64,000 nucleotides of DNA, from positions 10,509 to 74,508 of the forward strand of contig CAYFSJ010000001.1 in the NCBI GenBank assembly GCA_964345765.1. Direction: 5' to 3'. The notes under the pieces were generated by a model. The model did no database searches. It saw only the letters and a list, made by a program, of their open reading frames with translations, and was not told the origin of the DNA. This document shows, one piece after another, positions 49,681 to 60,290 of the stretch. This stretch comes from an uncultured Erysipelothrix sp. Its GTDB lineage: Bacteria > Bacillota_I > Bacilli_A > Erysipelotrichales > Erysipelotrichaceae. The stretch's first letter is position 1, and each line of letters starts with the position of its first letter. The position numbers and the translations under genes were made by a program.

Positions 49681-50302
49681 CCACACATTATTAAAACCAG
49701 AGGCGACAAGCGACCAAATTAGAAAACTTTGTTTAGAGGCAAAAGAACATGAATTCGCTTCAGTAATGGTAAATTCAAGCTTTGTTGGAGTCTGTGTTGA
49801 AGAACTAAAGGATACAGATGTTAAAATCGCAACTGTTATTGGATTTCCTTTAGGAGCATGTAATACTCATGCTAAAGTTGAAGAAGTTAAACAAGCTTTA
49901 AAAGATGGCGCTAACGAATTCGATATGGTTATTAATATTGGCAAACTTAAAGAAGGTAAACTTGATGAAGTAACTCAAGAAATCAAAGACATTAAAGCAG
50001 CAATTCCTAAAGGGATGCTATTAAAAGTCATTATTGAGACCTCATTATTGTCTAAACAAGATAAAATAAATGCTTGTCAATGCGTGAGTGATGCTCAAGC
50101 GGATTACATTAAAACCTCAACTGGATTTTCTACTGGTGGAGCAACGGTTGAAGATGTTGCTTTATTAAGAGAATATGTTTCAAAAGAGGTTAAAGTGAAA
50201 GCATCTGGTGGTGTTAAAACTTATGAAGATCTTGTCAAAATGATTGAAGCAGGCGCAGAAAGAATCGGCACAAGTAGTGGCGTTGAACTAATGCAGGGCT
50301 AA
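49655..50302 (+). CDS. deoC: Deoxyribose-phosphate aldolase
   Basis: IDHTLLKPEAT, FDMVINIG, KVIIET, IKTSTGF, KASGG. Confidence 0.92.
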   Translation: MNKTNQYIDHTLLKPEATSDQIRKLCLEAKEHEFASVMVNSSFVGVCVEELKDTDVKIATVIGFPLGACNTHAKVEEVKQALKDGANEFDMVINIGKLKEGKLDEVTQEIKDIKAAIPKGMLLKVIIETSLLSKQDKINACQCVSDAQADYIKTSTGFSTGGATVEDVALLREYVSKEVKVKASGGVKTYEDLVKMIEAGAERIGTSSGVELMQG

Positions 50303-50314
50303 AAGAAAATATTT

Positions 50315-50343
50315 TTGACAGAGGTCAATGAAAGTTGTATAAT
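50315..50343 (+). promoter_or_regulatory. Consensus sigma-A promoter for rpsU
   Basis: TTGACA (50315-50320) - exactly 17 nt - TATAAT (50338-50343). Confidence 0.8.
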
Positions 50344-50372
50344 TGGAATGCTTGTGTGAAGGGAGGGTTGAG

Positions 50373-50564
50373 ATGCCTAGAGTAGTTGTAAAAGAAAATG
50401 AAGCTTTAGATGACGCGCTAAGACGTTTTAAGCGCCAAGTTTCAAGAAATGGTACCCTTGCTGAAGCACGAAAAAGAGAGTATTATGTGAAGCCTGGTGT
50501 TAAGCGTAAGTTAAAATCTGAAGCGGCACGTAAAGCAGCACGCAAAAATAAACGTAAACGTTAA
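50373..50564 (+). CDS. rpsU: 30S ribosomal protein S21
   Basis: [27 protein letters not shown]..., with a basic C-terminus. ATG 50373 after GGGAGGG is preferred to the ORF-track start 50343. Confidence 0.95.
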   Translation: MPRVVVKENEALDDALRRFKRQVSRNGTLAEARKREYYVKPGVKRKLKSEAARKAARKNKRKR

Positions 50565-50570
50565 ATTTGA

Positions 50571-50597
50571 AGATCACTTGAATGTGGTCTTTTTTTG
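50571..50597 (+). terminator. Intrinsic terminator after rpsU
   Basis: AGATCAC - TTGAAT - GTGGTCT (one G-U pair) followed by T7. Confidence 0.75.
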
Positions 50598-50622
50598 TAT
50601 TTCGTGATAATCTTTAAAAGAG

Positions 50623-51564
50623 GTGAAAAATTTGGCAAAAACAAAACAGATTGATTTAAACTTAAACAATACTCAATTAGCCCAACTACATGGTCCTAAT
50701 GATGAGTACTTACAATATTTAGAAACTTACTTTGATATTGAATTATTCTCTAGAGGAAATCAACTAGTCATCAGTGGTGAAGAAGAAACACTCAGTCAAG
50801 TTCAACTTGTCATAGAGAAGATGCTTGATGCACTAAATAAAAATGATGAGTTATCTTTAGGGAAAATTAAACAATTTAGTATGAATAATAACTCTGTACA
50901 ATTAAGCACCAAACCAATCACTTATACTGTGAGTGGAAAGCATATTTATCCTAAAACTAAAGGACAACAAAATTTAATCAAGGCGATGCAAGATCATGAT
51001 ATGGTCTTTAGTTTAGGTCCAGCAGGAACAGGGAAAACATTCTTAGCCGTAGCCTATGGGGTTAAATTACTTAGAGAGAATAAGATAAAACGAATTATCT
51101 TAGTAAGACCAGCTGTCGAAGCAGGAGAGTCTTTAGGATTTTTACCAGGAGATTTAAAAGAAAAGGTAGATCCATATTTACAACCACTTTATGATGCACT
51201 CAATCTGTTATTAGGACCTGAATCTGTCTTAAAGTATATGGAGAAGGGTATTATTGAAATTGCGCCATTAGCCTATATGCGAGGACGTACTCTCGATGAC
51301 GCAATGGTAATCTTAGATGAAGCACAAAATACGACTAAAGCTCAAATGAAGATGTTTTTAACTCGGATGGGTTTCAATTCAAAAATGATTATCAATGGCG
51401 ATATTACTCAAATTGATCTAAAATACCCAAGTGATTCAGGTTTACTAGAAGCCATCTCAATATTAAAAAATATAAAAGAAATTAGTATATTTGAACTAGG
51501 ATTAGAAGATATTGTACGCCATGCATTAGTCTCAAAGATTTTAAAACGATATCAAGGAGAATAG
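50623..51564 (+). CDS. phoH: PhoH-like ATPase
   Basis: Walker A GPAGTGKTFLA, ILDEAQNT. GTG start after GAGGTG; TTG 50632 is an alternative. Confidence 0.9.
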   Translation: MKNLAKTKQIDLNLNNTQLAQLHGPNDEYLQYLETYFDIELFSRGNQLVISGEEETLSQVQLVIEKMLDALNKNDELSLGKIKQFSMNNNSVQLSTKPITYTVSGKHIYPKTKGQQNLIKAMQDHDMVFSLGPAGTGKTFLAVAYGVKLLRENKIKRIILVRPAVEAGESLGFLPGDLKEKVDPYLQPLYDALNLLLGPESVLKYMEKGIIEIAPLAYMRGRTLDDAMVILDEAQNTTKAQMKMFLTRMGFNSKMIINGDITQIDLKYPSDSGLLEAISILKNIKEISIFELGLEDIVRHALVSKILKRYQGE

Positions 51565-51565
51565 A

Positions 51566-51991
51566 ATGATAAGAATATAAGTCATTGAAGATGAAGACAG
51601 TATCAGACGATTGATTCGTTATGATTTAAAAGTCAGTGGCTATGAAGTAGAAAGTGCTAGCGATGGCATACAAGGTCTAGATTTAGCTCTAAACAACAAT
51701 TATGATGTCATTATCGTTGATTGGATGTTACCATCAAAAGATGGTCTTTCCATCGTTAAAAAGCTTAGAGAAGCAAAGATTAATAGCATCATCATAATGT
51801 TAACAGCTAAAGATGAAGAAACAGATATCTTAGAAAGCTTTGAAGCAGGAGTTGATGATTATATCACTAAGCCATTTTCACCACGTCAACTTCAAGCACG
51901 AATTAAAGCTCATCTCAGACGATCAGTATTAGCAGACTCTTCTAAAAATGACTTGGGTATCAATATGAATCCCAACTCTTATTTATGTTAA
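51566..51991 (+). pseudogene. OmpR/PhoP-family response regulator remnant: in-frame TAA at codon 5 and no DNA-binding domain
   Basis: AAGGAG (51554-51559) then ATG 51566. The reading is M I R I TAA(51578-51580) V I E D E D S... Receiver residues are intact (EDED, IIVDWMLP, MLTAKDE, ITKPF). The frame ends at 51989-51991 after ...RRSVLADSSKNDLGINMNPNSYLC, about where a winged-helix domain would begin. Confidence 0.75.
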
Positions 51992-52581
51992 AGAAAGTAC
52001 GTAATATGTTCTCTTTAGCACAAGAAGCACTGACTAATCATGACAAAGAAATCGCATTGAATTTGATTGAAATGGATGATTTTGTCAACCATCTTGATGA
52101 AGACATTAACCATCAAGCAACAGAGATGCTAAGTTTATTACAACCTGTCGCCAAAGACTTAAGAAGTATTATTGCTGGTATTCGTTTATCTACCGATATT
52201 GAACGTATTGGTGATTATGCTAAGAACATTGGGCGTTATGTCATTAAAAATAATGAAGATCATAGTGATGAATTAACAACTCTAACCAATAAGATTATTG
52301 ATGCAATTTTATATCAAATCGATAGTGTTTATGAATCCCTCAAGAATGATGACGTTGAAGCGGCTTATCGTATTTTAGATGAAGATGAACGAATCGATAA
52401 AGCCTTCATTGAAACGATTGTCTTTATTGAAGAAAAGATTCATGCGAATCCGAATGAATTTAAGTATCCTGTACGACTAATTACAATGTTACGTTCACTC
52501 GAAAGAGCAGGGGACCATATCAAAAATATTTGTGAATCCCTAATTTATAAGAGTAAAGGTCAACATATAGATTTTGGATGA
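51985..52581 (+). CDS. phoU: Phosphate signalling protein PhoU (N-terminally short)
   Basis: Two PhoU repeats with the motifs DIERIGDYAKNIG and SLERAGDHIKNIC. 198 aa. The ATG overlaps the stop of the upstream remnant (TTATGTTAA). Confidence 0.82.
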   Translation: MLKKVRNMFSLAQEALTNHDKEIALNLIEMDDFVNHLDEDINHQATEMLSLLQPVAKDLRSIIAGIRLSTDIERIGDYAKNIGRYVIKNNEDHSDELTTLTNKIIDAILYQIDSVYESLKNDDVEAAYRILDEDERIDKAFIETIVFIEEKIHANPNEFKYPVRLITMLRSLERAGDHIKNICESLIYKSKGQHIDFG

Positions 52582-52588
52582 TACAGAT

Positions 52589-52620
52589 AAAAAAGAATCT
52601 CATGAACGAGATTCTTTTTT
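52589..52620. terminator. Bidirectional intrinsic terminator between phoU and the Na/Pi symporter gene
   Basis: AAAAAGAATCTC - ATGAAC - GAGATTCTTTTT. Confidence 0.8.
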
Positions 52621-52621
52621 G

Positions 52622-54289
52622 TTAGATATGTAGGTCTTTAGGAACATTATGGACTTTAACTGGATGAATTGTGTTGGTTGCAACGTTATAGGAATGGTCC
52701 GCCATTCTCTCTAAGGTTCCTAAGATATCAATGTAGACAGATCCTGCCACACCCGCAATATTTTCATCAGCCGTAATGCGTTGGAAGAAGTTATCTCTAA
52801 ATTGTTGTTCAAGTAAGTCTATATAATTTTCATCTTCCGTTAAGGTTTGATAGGTAGAGAAGTTATTGGTTTGATAGATTTCTAAAGCAGAGTTTAAGTT
52901 ATGGACTAATAAGTCATAGAATTGTCTTAATTCATCCTTGGCTGTATCGCTTAAATCTTCTTTATGTTCAAATATCATTTCATAGAATTCAACTAAGTTA
53001 GTCGATAAGTCAGATATTCTTTCTAAGTTCTTAATGACTTGCAAGTTTGTTGCGTACTCAATGGATAATTCTTCGGATAAGTTTGTTTTAGCAATCTTCA
53101 GTAAATAATTGGTTATCTTAGTATCTAAAGCATTAACAATGTCTTCAAGTTGAACAACCGTTTCTTTATATTTCTTTTCTTTTGTTTGAATATACAGATG
53201 ACTTGCTTCAATTGAACTAACCACTAACTCACCCACCTTTAAGATAGAGCGCTTAGATACTTCTAAAGCACCAGCCGCAAAGTTAGTAATCATTGCTTCA
53301 TCGAGTTCTTCAATGGCAACATCACTGATTGAATGGGCATCTTTACCAGGTAATAATTTTTCCATAAGATGAACAAATTGTTTAACAAAAGGTAAGAACA
53401 GTAGGGTACTAATAAAGTTAAATAAGAAATGTGCCAAGGCAATGGCCATCAAATTATTTAAGTTTAATAAGTCTACTAATGTCGAAATTAAATGTGTATA
53501 TGGAATTAAGAAAATCATAAAGATAATCGATCCAACCACATTAAAGATTAAGTGAAATAATGCGGAACGCTTAGCCGCCAAAGATCCTCCTGCAGCCGCA
53601 ATCAATGAAGTCACACAGGTTCCAATATTGGCACCAAAGACTAATGAAATAGAAGCAATGAGGGTGATCGCGTTGGTATCATAAAGTTTTTGGATGATTC
53701 CAACAATAGCACTTGAAGATTGAACAATCCCTGTGATAATGGTTCCACCAATTAAACCAATAATTGGTTGTGATGAAATACTTAAAATAATATCATTAAA
53801 GCCTTCTAAGTATTGTAATTGTTTAAGAGCATCCCCCATCATGGTTAAACCGATAAAGATTAGTGAAAAGCCAATTAAAATATGAGCTAAGTAGGTATGT
53901 TTCTTCCGCTTAGCTGCCATCGTCATAATGACTCCTATTAACATAATAAAGTAGGCGAAATACTCAACCTTAAAACTGATTAAGACAGCCGTTACAGTTG
54001 TCCCAATATTAGCTCCCATTGAAATCCCAATAGCTTGATCTAAGCGCATGAGACCTGCTCTTACTAATGATATCGCAATAACCGTAGTTGCTGAAGAAGA
54101 TTGTAAGACAGCCGTTAGCACTAGACCAACTAAAATTGCTTTAAATGGGTTAGAAGTACACTTATCGATATAATCTCGAATCTTGCTACCAGCGAAATTG
54201 GTAAGACCATCCCCCATTAAATTAATGCCAAATAAGAAAATGGCGAGGCCGCCACAGATAAATTCCCATTGAATACTTGAAATTGACAT
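52622..54289 (-). CDS. Na+/phosphate cotransporter (NptA-type) with a C-terminal PhoU-like domain pair
   Basis: Two Na/Pi repeats (LQSSSATTV and VQSSSAIVG) in a polytopic N-terminal half. The C-terminal soluble half has the PhoU-type motifs NLERISDLSTNLV and TLERMADHSYNVA. ATG 54289 after GGAG is preferred to the ORF-track start 54355. Confidence 0.88.
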   Translation of the reverse strand: MSISSIQWEFICGGLAIFLFGINLMGDGLTNFAGSKIRDYIDKCTSNPFKAILVGLVLTAVLQSSSATTVIAISLVRAGLMRLDQAIGISMGANIGTTVTAVLISFKVEYFAYFIMLIGVIMTMAAKRKKHTYLAHILIGFSLIFIGLTMMGDALKQLQYLEGFNDIILSISSQPIIGLIGGTIITGIVQSSSAIVGIIQKLYDTNAITLIASISLVFGANIGTCVTSLIAAAGGSLAAKRSALFHLIFNVVGSIIFMIFLIPYTHLISTLVDLLNLNNLMAIALAHFLFNFISTLLFLPFVKQFVHLMEKLLPGKDAHSISDVAIEELDEAMITNFAAGALEVSKRSILKVGELVVSSIEASHLYIQTKEKKYKETVVQLEDIVNALDTKITNYLLKIAKTNLSEELSIEYATNLQVIKNLERISDLSTNLVEFYEMIFEHKEDLSDTAKDELRQFYDLLVHNLNSALEIYQTNNFSTYQTLTEDENYIDLLEQQFRDNFFQRITADENIAGVAGSVYIDILGTLERMADHSYNVATNTIHPVKVHNVPKDLHI

Positions 54290-54402
54290 ACAGATTCTCC
54301 TAATAATCAATCCTATCTTAACAAATTCTTTATCAAATGTTAACCGAAACTTCATTAATCTTTACTTGTTCTTCTATGATATAATTGTGTTGGAGAAAAG
54401 TG

Positions 54403-54837
54403 ATGAATTATACAATTATCTATCAAGATGTACAACCTAAATGGCGAAACTATGCTGGCTATGTTAAAGAAGTGTTTAAATCAATCATTGAAGTCACTAA
54501 TGATTCACGTTTAAATAAGAGTGTTGCGATAATCTTAATTAATGATGAAGAGATGCATCATATGAACTTTATGTATAGACAGCTTGATCGCTCAACTGAT
54601 GTACTTACTTTTGTTGACGATGAAGATCCTGAGCATTTAGGTGATATCTTTATTAATACCCAAGCGGTCATTAATCAAGCTCAAGAGTATGGTCATTCCC
54701 TTAGACGTGAATTTTCATTTTTAGTAACTCATGGACTCTTACATTTACTAGGCTTTGATCATCATACTAATCAAGAAGAAAAAGAGATGTTTGATTTACA
54801 AGAAAGGATCTTGGATAACATTGGAGCGACTCGCTAA
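54403..54837 (+). CDS. ybeY: rRNA maturation endoribonuclease YbeY
   Basis: Zinc motif HGLLHLLGFDH. ATG 54403 follows GGAG. Confidence 0.92.
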   Translation: MNYTIIYQDVQPKWRNYAGYVKEVFKSIIEVTNDSRLNKSVAIILINDEEMHHMNFMYRQLDRSTDVLTFVDDEDPEHLGDIFINTQAVINQAQEYGHSLRREFSFLVTHGLLHLLGFDHHTNQEEKEMFDLQERILDNIGATR

Positions 54838-55177
54838 TAAATTTAAAAATGCCATCAATGGAATCATTTATGCCTTTAAAATCGATACGGGTGTTAAGAT
54901 TCAATTTTTACTGGCAACCATCACTGTCCTATTTTGTTTTTGGTTAGGAATTAATGCTTTTGAATGGATGATCATCTTAGTCTGTATTGGCTGTGTCATT
55001 TGTGCTGAATTACTCAATACGGCCATCGAAAAGACACTCGATGCAATAAATTATCTTGAGGATACACAAGTTGGCCATATTAAAGACATTAGTGCTGGAG
55101 CGGTCTTAACGATTTCAATCGTTTCATTTATAATAATGATAATAATAATTTTATCTAAAGGAGTGTTAACAATATGA
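54821..55177 (+). CDS. dgkA: Diacylglycerol/undecaprenol kinase (DgkA family)
   Basis: FKNAINGIIYAF, three TM helices, and AELLNTAIE. The start is uncertain: TTG 54821 gives a typical ~118 aa, while the ORF-track ATG 54755 would overlap ybeY by 83 nt. Confidence 0.8.
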   Translation: MERLANKFKNAINGIIYAFKIDTGVKIQFLLATITVLFCFWLGINAFEWMIILVCIGCVICAELLNTAIEKTLDAINYLEDTQVGHIKDISAGAVLTISIVSFIIMIIIILSKGVLTI

Positions 55178-55575
55178 AAGATTATTCTTTTTTAACTCAA
55201 GAAGCGTTTAAAGCGCTTGAAAATGCCTATGCCCCATATTCGAAATATCGGGTTGGAAGCTGTATTTTATTAAAAGATGGTAACATGATCCATGGTGCCA
55301 ATATCGAAAATGCTTCATTTGGGGCAACATCTTGTGCCGAAAGAAATGCGGTCTTTGCTACTTATTCATTAGGCTATCGTAAAGAAGATATTGAAGCCAT
55401 TGCGATTGTTACCGAAGGGGATATCTTAGCTGGACCATGTGGTATTTGTCGTCAAGTATTAAGTGAATTATTACCTCAAGATGCACCAATTCTTTTGAGT
55501 AACCATCATGAACATTTAGATACTAATATTAATGAATTAATCCCACTTCAATTTGGTCCAAAGGATTTAGTATGA
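55174..55575 (+). CDS. cdd: Cytidine deaminase
   Basis: Zinc motifs CAERNA and PCGICRQ. 133 aa. Confidence 0.93.
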   Translation: MKDYSFLTQEAFKALENAYAPYSKYRVGSCILLKDGNMIHGANIENASFGATSCAERNAVFATYSLGYRKEDIEAIAIVTEGDILAGPCGICRQVLSELLPQDAPILLSNHHEHLDTNINELIPLQFGPKDLV

Positions 55576-56465
55576 GTTTTAAGTCTGGCTTTGTTGCGTT
55601 AATAGGGCTACCTAATACGGGCAAATCAACCTTATTAAATCAAATTTTTAACAAAAAGATTGCGATTGTCTCAGATAAACCTCAAACAACTCGTAATGCA
55701 ATTCGAGGTATTTTAAATCATGAAAACTACCAAATTGTCTTTATTGATACGCCAGGGATTCATGATCCTCAAGATGAATTTGGTCGTTTTTTAAATCGTG
55801 AGTCCTATTCAAATATAGAAGGGGCAGACTTAGTTTACTTCTTAATTGATGCCACTAAACCAATGCGTAAAAAACAAAATGAAGTACTTCAAAGAATTAA
55901 ACAAAGTTATAATGAAATCCCAATCTTTGGAATTATTAATAAGATTGATTTAATAAATAAACCACAATTAATTAGCTTATTAGATTATTTAAATGATACC
56001 TTTGAATTTGATGAGCTCATCCCCATCTCAGCTTTAGAAAATGATAATATCAATACTTTACTAGATTTAACTCTTCAACAATTACAGGAAGGTCCAGCCT
56101 TCTTCAGTGATGAAGACGAAGTTGACTATACTTTGAGTTTTCAAATCTCAGAAATTATTCGTGAGAAGATTCTATATGTGATGAAACAAGAACTTCCTCA
56201 TCAAATAGGAGTTGTGGTTGAATCCATTGAAGATGAAAAAGATGAAATAACGATTTATGCTAAAATCATTGTGTCTAGTGCTAGTCAAAAGCCTATTTTG
56301 ATTGGGAAACAAGGATCAATGATTAAAAAGATTCGTGTCATGGCAACAAAAGAGTTAAGAAATGTTTTAAATCGAAAAGTTGATTTAGAACTATTTGTGT
56401 CCGTTGAACCTGATTGGCGAAATAAACTTCATCATTTAAAGGAACTTGGCTATAATCATGAATGA
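55572..56465 (+). CDS. era: GTPase Era
   Basis: G1 GLPNTGKST, G3 DTPG, G4 NKID, and a C-terminal KH domain (IGKQGSMIKKI). Confidence 0.95.
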   Translation: MSFKSGFVALIGLPNTGKSTLLNQIFNKKIAIVSDKPQTTRNAIRGILNHENYQIVFIDTPGIHDPQDEFGRFLNRESYSNIEGADLVYFLIDATKPMRKKQNEVLQRIKQSYNEIPIFGIINKIDLINKPQLISLLDYLNDTFEFDELIPISALENDNINTLLDLTLQQLQEGPAFFSDEDEVDYTLSFQISEIIREKILYVMKQELPHQIGVVVESIEDEKDEITIYAKIIVSSASQKPILIGKQGSMIKKIRVMATKELRNVLNRKVDLELFVSVEPDWRNKLHHLKELGYNHE

Positions 56466-57156
56466 AGTCATTGATGAAGGTTATATTCTAAATACGAAAA
56501 CATACAAAGAAGCTGATGCCATGATGTGGGTTTATTTAAAAGACTCAGGTCTGAAACATTTTATTTATAAAGGTTATTACAAACCAAACTCCAAACGCTT
56601 GGCCAGTGGTTTAGCCTTTCATTTGTATCAATTTAGATATAAAGATAAAGACTCACTGATTACACCCATTGAGATTGTGACTAAGAAATCTTATCCACAA
56701 TTAACTGATAATATGGAAGTGATGACATTGGCTCAGATTGTTAATAGTATCTATTTGCAATTTCATCAACACCTAAATTATTCATTATATCAATGGGCTT
56801 TAGAAGCTTTTAATGATTTTGATAATAAACGATTAGTGCTTTGTTTATTTTTAGTAGACTGTTTAAATCAACTTGGTTTACAACCTTATGTGGATGGTGA
56901 TGTGAAAACGAACCAACCTCAAGTGAATCATTTTGATATTAAAGAGGGTGGAATGATCTATCGTCCTATCAAAAGTATTTATAATGTCGAAGAATTAAGA
57001 CTTATTAGACAACTATTTAAGGCAAAGACTTCAAATTATAGTATAATAAGCAATGCCCATATTGATTTAAGAATAGTTGGCTTAATTGTCGACTATTTTG
57101 AATATCATACATCGTTTCGATTAAATGGCTATCATTTTTATTTAGATTTACAATAG
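56458..57156 (+). CDS. recO: DNA repair protein RecO
   Basis: Position after era, size and OB-fold-like N-terminus ([20 protein letters not shown]). ATG 56458 overlaps the era stop (ATGAATGA); TTG 56446 is an alternative. Confidence 0.75.
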   Translation: MNEVIDEGYILNTKTYKEADAMMWVYLKDSGLKHFIYKGYYKPNSKRLASGLAFHLYQFRYKDKDSLITPIEIVTKKSYPQLTDNMEVMTLAQIVNSIYLQFHQHLNYSLYQWALEAFNDFDNKRLVLCLFLVDCLNQLGLQPYVDGDVKTNQPQVNHFDIKEGGMIYRPIKSIYNVEELRLIRQLFKAKTSNYSIISNAHIDLRIVGLIVDYFEYHTSFRLNGYHFYLDLQ

Positions 57157-57164
57157 GAGGATTT

Positions 57165-58532
57165 ATGTCTAACAAAAATTTTGAAAAAATATCATCGCAT
57201 CTAAGACAAACTGGTTTTGTTTATCCTGGTTCTCAAATCTATGGGGGTTTATCCAATACTTGGGATTTTGGACCATTAGGTGTTGAATTTAAAGATTCAA
57301 TCAAAAATTTATGGTGGAAGAAGTTTATTCACCAAATTCCAGAAAATGTAGGCATCCAATCTGCTATTTTAATGAACCCTAAGGTGTGGGAAGCTTCCGG
57401 TCACTTAGATACCTTTGCGGATCCATTAATGGACTGTAAAGCTTGTAAAACGCGTCACAGAGCCGATAAATTAATCGAAGAGAAGTTTCCAGAAGTAAAT
57501 GCGGGCGCATTTGATTTAAAACAAATGGAAGCATTTATTGATGAAAATGATATTAATTGCCCAAATTGTGGTAAACATGATTTTACGAATATCCGTCAAT
57601 TCAATCTGATGTTTAAAACATTCCAAGGTGTAACGGAAGAATCCAGTTCAACGATTTATTTAAGACCTGAGACCGCACAAGGAATGTTTGTTAACTATAA
57701 AAATGTTCAACGCTCTTCTCGTAAAAAGATTCCATTTGGTATTGGCCAAATAGGGAAGGCTTTTAGAAATGAAATTACACCAGGTCAAATGATTTTTAGA
57801 ACTCGTGAATTCGAACAAATGGAACTTGAATTCTTCTGTAAACCTGGCACAGATTTAGAGTGGTATGAATTCTATAAGAATCTCTGTATGGAATTCTTAA
57901 TCGAACTTGGACTAAAACCTGAAAATCTTCGCTTTAGAGATCATGATGAAGATGAATTATCACATTATTCAATTGCGACTGCTGATATTGAATACATGTT
58001 CCCATGGGGCTGGGATGAACTTTGGGGTATTGCTGATCGTTCTGATTTTGATTTAAGACAACACCAAGAACATTCTAAAGAAAATATGGAATATCTTGAC
58101 CCTGAAACTAATGAACGCTATATCCCATACTGTGTTGAACCATCAGTGGGTGTTGAACGCTTGATGTTAGCGCTACTCTGTGAAGCTTATCAAGAAGAAG
58201 AGTTAGAAAATGATTCTCGAGTACTCTTGAAATTAGATCCTAAGGTGGCACCTTATAAAGTTGCGATTTTACCTTTATCTAAAAAGCTTAGTGAACAAGC
58301 AAAAGAAGTTTATAAACAATTATCAACAGAGTTCTTAGTAGATTATGATGAGAGTGGCTCTATTGGCAAACGTTATCGTCGTCAAGACCAAATTGGAACT
58401 CCATTCTGTGTAACAGTCGATTTCGATAGTTTAGAAGATCAAAGTGTAACGATTCGTTATCGTGATTCGATGGAACAAGAAAGAGTCTTAATGAGTGAAC
58501 TCACCAATAAAATTAAAGAAATGGTTGAATGA
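57165..58532 (+). CDS. glyQS: Glycine--tRNA ligase, alpha2-dimer type
   Basis: [23 protein letters not shown], class II motifs ([16 protein letters not shown]), and an anticodon-binding C-terminus. Confidence 0.93.
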   Translation: MSNKNFEKISSHLRQTGFVYPGSQIYGGLSNTWDFGPLGVEFKDSIKNLWWKKFIHQIPENVGIQSAILMNPKVWEASGHLDTFADPLMDCKACKTRHRADKLIEEKFPEVNAGAFDLKQMEAFIDENDINCPNCGKHDFTNIRQFNLMFKTFQGVTEESSSTIYLRPETAQGMFVNYKNVQRSSRKKIPFGIGQIGKAFRNEITPGQMIFRTREFEQMELEFFCKPGTDLEWYEFYKNLCMEFLIELGLKPENLRFRDHDEDELSHYSIATADIEYMFPWGWDELWGIADRSDFDLRQHQEHSKENMEYLDPETNERYIPYCVEPSVGVERLMLALLCEAYQEEELENDSRVLLKLDPKVAPYKVAILPLSKKLSEQAKEVYKQLSTEFLVDYDESGSIGKRYRRQDQIGTPFCVTVDFDSLEDQSVTIRYRDSMEQERVLMSELTNKIKEMVE

Positions 58533-60289
58533 AAAGATTAACTCAAGAAGAAATCACAGATATAAGAGAAAAGGTTAATATTGTTGATGTTATATCTAAC
58601 TATATTCCTTTAGAAAAGGCCGGCAGCAACTTTAAAGGAATCTGTCCTTTTCATGATGATCATGACCCTTCAATGTCTGTTAATGTTGATAAACAAATCT
58701 TTAAATGTTTTGTTTGTGGTGAAGGCGGAAATGTCTTTAACTTTATTCAAAAATATGAACAAGTTTCCTTCATTGAATCCGTCAAAAAAGTAGGTGAATT
58801 GATTGGTTTTGACTTTAGTGATTATTCAATAGGGACATACAAACCTAAAATTGATCAACAAATTGCTCGCTATTATAGATTAATGGATGAAGCACAGCGT
58901 TATCTTGAATATACTCTCAATAACAATAAAGAGGATTTTATTGCCCAGTTCTTAAAAGATCGACAGTTAAATGATGACATCATTGATGAGTTTAAGCTTG
59001 GATATGCAGACCCAAAGTTTCCATTAGCTCAATACTTACTTAAAAAGGGCTATCAACTTGAAGAGCTTGAAGCAATCAATCTTGCCAAAGAACATGAATC
59101 AGGCATTAGTGAAGTGTTTAATCATCGTATTGTTTTTCCTATTACTAATGATAAAGATCAAATCGTGGCTTATACAGCACGTGCATTGGATGAGCATGGT
59201 CCAAAATACATTAATAGTTCGACCAATCCAATCTATCAAAAATCGAATGTCTTATATAACTATCCAAAGACACAGGCACCTTTATTAAAAGATAAACCTT
59301 TGATTATTGTAGAAGGTGTCATGGATGTCATTGCTTTTTATCGAGCAGGACTTCAAAAAGTGGTTGCGGTATTGGGAACTGCCTTAAGTGAGGTTCAAAT
59401 TAATCTGATTAAGCGTCTGAATAGTTCTGTCATTTTAGCATTTGATGGTGATGAAGCAGGACAAGCTGCCATGATAAATATTGGAGCACAATTACGTGAA
59501 AATCACATTGATGTAAGTATTATGAATAATAATACTAATCTTGATCCTGATGATATTTTGAATCAGTATTCTAAAGAGACATTAATTGAGATGATTAATA
59601 AACCAATGCATTGGATGGAGTTTGTTATAAAGTTTGCTAGTCAACGTTATACACTGACCTCTTATAATGCACGTAAACGGGTACTTGAGTTTAGTGTGGC
59701 ACAGTTAATTTTAGAAGATAAACTTGATCAGAACTACTTTGTTCAACAGATTGCAGAAGTGACCCAGTTTAATAAAGAAATGGTTCTTCAACAGTTAAAT
59801 CAAATAAAAAAGCCTGAGCCAGTCAAACGACCTAGAGAGTCTCATCAACCTTTTTCGACACAACATATTCTTAAATCTGAAAAAGATGTCTTGGCTCATA
59901 TCTTAGATGGTAAGAATTTTGCTCAAGAGTTTAAGTTGAATTTAGGGTATTTAATTGACCCGCAGGCTAATGATTTAGCGCTGTTAATGACCAATTTATA
60001 CAATTCTCGTGATACAATAGGAGTAGCCGACTGCTTGGATTTAAATTTAAGTCAGATTCAACAAGTACTCTTATTAGAGATAAGTGAAGAGAGTTTATAC
60101 CAGTATCCAAAGTCTTCAATTCAACTTCAAGAAGCAATTAGTTCAGTGAAACTAGCGGATATTGATAATCTTCTTCGAATAAACGATCAAAGTATTCTAG
60201 AGACTTCAGATATTAATCGAAAACTAGAATTACTTCAAGAAAAAACAAATTTATTACAACAACGTGATAAACTGCTACAAGGAGGGTAA
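58529..60289 (+). CDS. dnaG: DNA primase
   Basis: Zinc ribbon [13 protein letters not shown]...[15 protein letters not shown] and Toprim EGVMDV...AFDGDEAGQ. Confidence 0.95.
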   Translation: MKRLTQEEITDIREKVNIVDVISNYIPLEKAGSNFKGICPFHDDHDPSMSVNVDKQIFKCFVCGEGGNVFNFIQKYEQVSFIESVKKVGELIGFDFSDYSIGTYKPKIDQQIARYYRLMDEAQRYLEYTLNNNKEDFIAQFLKDRQLNDDIIDEFKLGYADPKFPLAQYLLKKGYQLEELEAINLAKEHESGISEVFNHRIVFPITNDKDQIVAYTARALDEHGPKYINSSTNPIYQKSNVLYNYPKTQAPLLKDKPLIIVEGVMDVIAFYRAGLQKVVAVLGTALSEVQINLIKRLNSSVILAFDGDEAGQAAMINIGAQLRENHIDVSIMNNNTNLDPDDILNQYSKETLIEMINKPMHWMEFVIKFASQRYTLTSYNARKRVLEFSVAQLILEDKLDQNYFVQQIAEVTQFNKEMVLQQLNQIKKPEPVKRPRESHQPFSTQHILKSEKDVLAHILDGKNFAQEFKLNLGYLIDPQANDLALLMTNLYNSRDTIGVADCLDLNLSQIQQVLLLEISEESLYQYPKSSIQLQEAISSVKLADIDNLLRINDQSILETSDINRKLELLQEKTNLLQQRDKLLQGG

Positions 60290-60290
60290 T

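Noticed and set aside
51578-51580. The TAA at codon 5 of the response-regulator gene as a programmed recoding or read-through site
   Set aside because: There is no downstream stimulatory structure or known TAA recoding context. Together with the missing output domain, simple decay (or a base-call error, TTA to TAA) is more parsimonious.
54318-54344. TTAACA-N14-TGTTAA inverted repeat in the nptA/ybeY divergent region as a Pho box
   Set aside because: The half-sites are only 6 bp in very AT-rich DNA. The spacing does not match the direct-repeat PhoP box architecture, and no intact PhoP is visible. It is mentioned only as a weak candidate within a finding.
57157-57164. Expected a T-box leader upstream of the glycyl-tRNA synthetase gene
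   Set aside because: Only 8 nt separate recO from glyQS, so there is no room for a leader. The gene is apparently read through from the era-recO transcript.
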